Positions 62,100 through 64,000 of a stretch of DNA of 64,000 nucleotides are shown here, piece after piece (the stretch's first letter is position 1; each line of letters starts with the position of its first letter). The notes under the pieces were generated by a model. The model was not told where the DNA came from. It saw nothing but the letters and a program-made list of their open reading frames with translations, and did not search any database. The stretch spans positions 124,001 to 188,000 of the forward strand of contig CAUYUJ010000081.1 in NCBI GenBank assembly GCA_963575745.1, read 5' to 3'. This DNA comes from Prorocentrum cordatum (taxonomy: Eukaryota). The position numbers and the translations under genes are program-made.

Positions 62100-63240
62100 G
62101 GGGTGGGGGGGGGGGACGGGGGGGGGTGGGAACGAACGGCGGGTGCGAGAAATGAGGAGGGGGGAAGCGAGGGGAGGAGGGGGGAATGAGGAGGGAGGAG
62201 TAATGAGTGAGAAGGATGGAAAACGAGGGAGCATGGGAAAGCGGCGGAAATGGTGGAGGAGGAGGAGGAGGAGGAGAACGAGGAATGCGGAATACGAGGG
62301 GGGCACAACACAGGAGCAGGATAAGGAAGACGAACAAGAAGAATAAGAAGAAGAAACGGGGGACAAGGAGGGACAGGAACAGAAAGGACGAAGGAAGGAC
62401 GCGGGGGGAGGGAACAGCGAGGAGAAAGAAGGAATGAGGAAGGAAGATGAAGGAATGGGATGAGGGGGGAACGCCCAGGGATGATAATAGAGAAAAAAGG
62501 GCGGAGGGAGGAGGGAGCAGGGAGGGCGAAGGGGGAAGGATGGTGGATGTAGGCTGAGGGAGGGGGGAAGAAGTGGAGAAAGACGAAGGGGGAGGGGGGG
62601 GATAGGGAGAACGAGGGGAAAAGAAGGAGGGGGAGGAGCAGGAGGAGGAGGAGGAAGACACAGAGGAAAAGTGATGAGGAACAGGCACGACACGGTCATC
62701 AGGGACACGGGGAACAACAAGGAGGAAGGATGGAGGAGGAGGAACAGGAGGAGAAAGGAGGAAGGTTGGGGGAACGATCAGGGAGAATTGAGGAGGGGGG
62801 AGGGGTGAGGGAGGAAGGAGGATGGAGGGAGGAGAGGTGAGGACGGAAAAGGCAGGGGGGGGGTGAGGGAGGAGGAGGATGAGGATGAGGAGGAAGAGGG
62901 AGAGGAGGGGGGATGATGGGGAGGAGGAGGAGGAGGAGGAGGAGGAACTGGAGAAGGAGGGGGGGGAGGAGCAGGAGGAAAAGGAGGATTGCATCCAGAA
63001 GGCTTTACCCTGCTGTGCGCGGTCGTTGTGCCGACGGCGTGTCGGCGCCAACGCGGGACACGCGATCGGACGACGACGGGCGACAACGACGACGGACGAC
63101 GACGATTGACGAAGACGATCGACGACGACATGCGACGACCGACGGGCGACGAATGACCGACGGACGACGCTGAACGACGCATGACCGACGAACGAACGAC
63201 GAACGAACGAGCACGCGGGACGACGGACGAGTGGCGACAA
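62100..63240. repeat. Polypurine (GGA-rich) tract followed by a (GAC/GAAC)n repeat
   Basis: Direct reading. Confidence 0.85.
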
Positions 63241-64000
63241 AAGGTTGCGGGAGCGGATGGGCGGGTGGGCAGGGGCAGGTGGGTAACGAAATTGATGTTT
63301 TTAGAGTGGGCGCATTGGGGGTACTAAGGTAACACGACGGTCGGATCTAAACAGATACATGAAACTTGTTACCACAGGCTACACTATAGATACATACCGA
63401 CACCTACGGATAATGATATACATACAGGTGCTAAATACAACAACCATCTGTTTGCTACACATACTTGGGTACAACGGTGCAAACCGAAACATAACATGAC
63501 AGTTACGAGTGGACGCATACGATCATATAGAGACACCACCACTGACACATAACATTGTTACACATGACACGTACACACATAGACACACAACCCTCCAAAC
63601 ATTACATAGTTCCTTGTGTGAGGTTATTGGATTTTGTTTTAGGGCATGCGGCAGAACCCACTTCCCCCTCCCCTCCCTCCCCACGCGCGCGCCTCGAGAA
63701 CCGCGGAGGTCACTCTTTTTGGCACCCCCCGCGGGGGCCGTGGCTGAGGGGGGGGGATCCAGGGGATTATCACTGTCTACACCCCTCGCGAGGATCGTGG
63801 CCTCAGCCGTGCTGCGCCATTTCCCCCATGAGTTTGGGGAGATCTATGGTTCGACGCACCTCGCGAAGATCTTAGCCTCCGAGTGGGGAGCCGCAATCGC
63901 CCACCCCCCTCTCCCGCCCCAAGATACCACCAAATGCCCTCCAAGAGGCCCCGAGGACCGCCAAGGAGCCCCAAGATGCCCCAAAGAGGCGCCCGCGAGA

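Overview
GC-rich, repeat-dense eukaryotic genomic DNA, very probably from a dinoflagellate. The evidence is a relict dinoflagellate spliced leader, an HU-derived histone-like gene and a GA splice donor. Positions ~1-26,700 hold a giant (at least 25.7 kb), intron-less, frameshifted non-LTR (LINE-like) retrotransposon on the minus strand. Its 5' end is marked by the relict spliced leader at 26680-26698. Its order is: low-complexity repeat region, RING-H2, C5 DNA methyltransferase, APE endonuclease, reverse transcriptase (YVDD), CCHC finger, degenerate SET-like domain, RNase H, C2H2 finger, Upf1/DNA2-type SF1 helicase and two CxxC...CxxC modules. A ~23-35 nt motif recurs nine times at its 5' region, middle and 3' region. 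The 3' end probably lies outside the window. Positions 26.7-64 kb are mostly satellites, microsatellites and foldback/MITE-like elements, including a 410-bp Y-shaped hairpin element. They also contain a fragmented large uncharacterised gene (44.6-54.6 kb, minus) and a three-exon histone-like protein gene (55618-56424, minus). All calls are motif recognition by eye; no searches were run.
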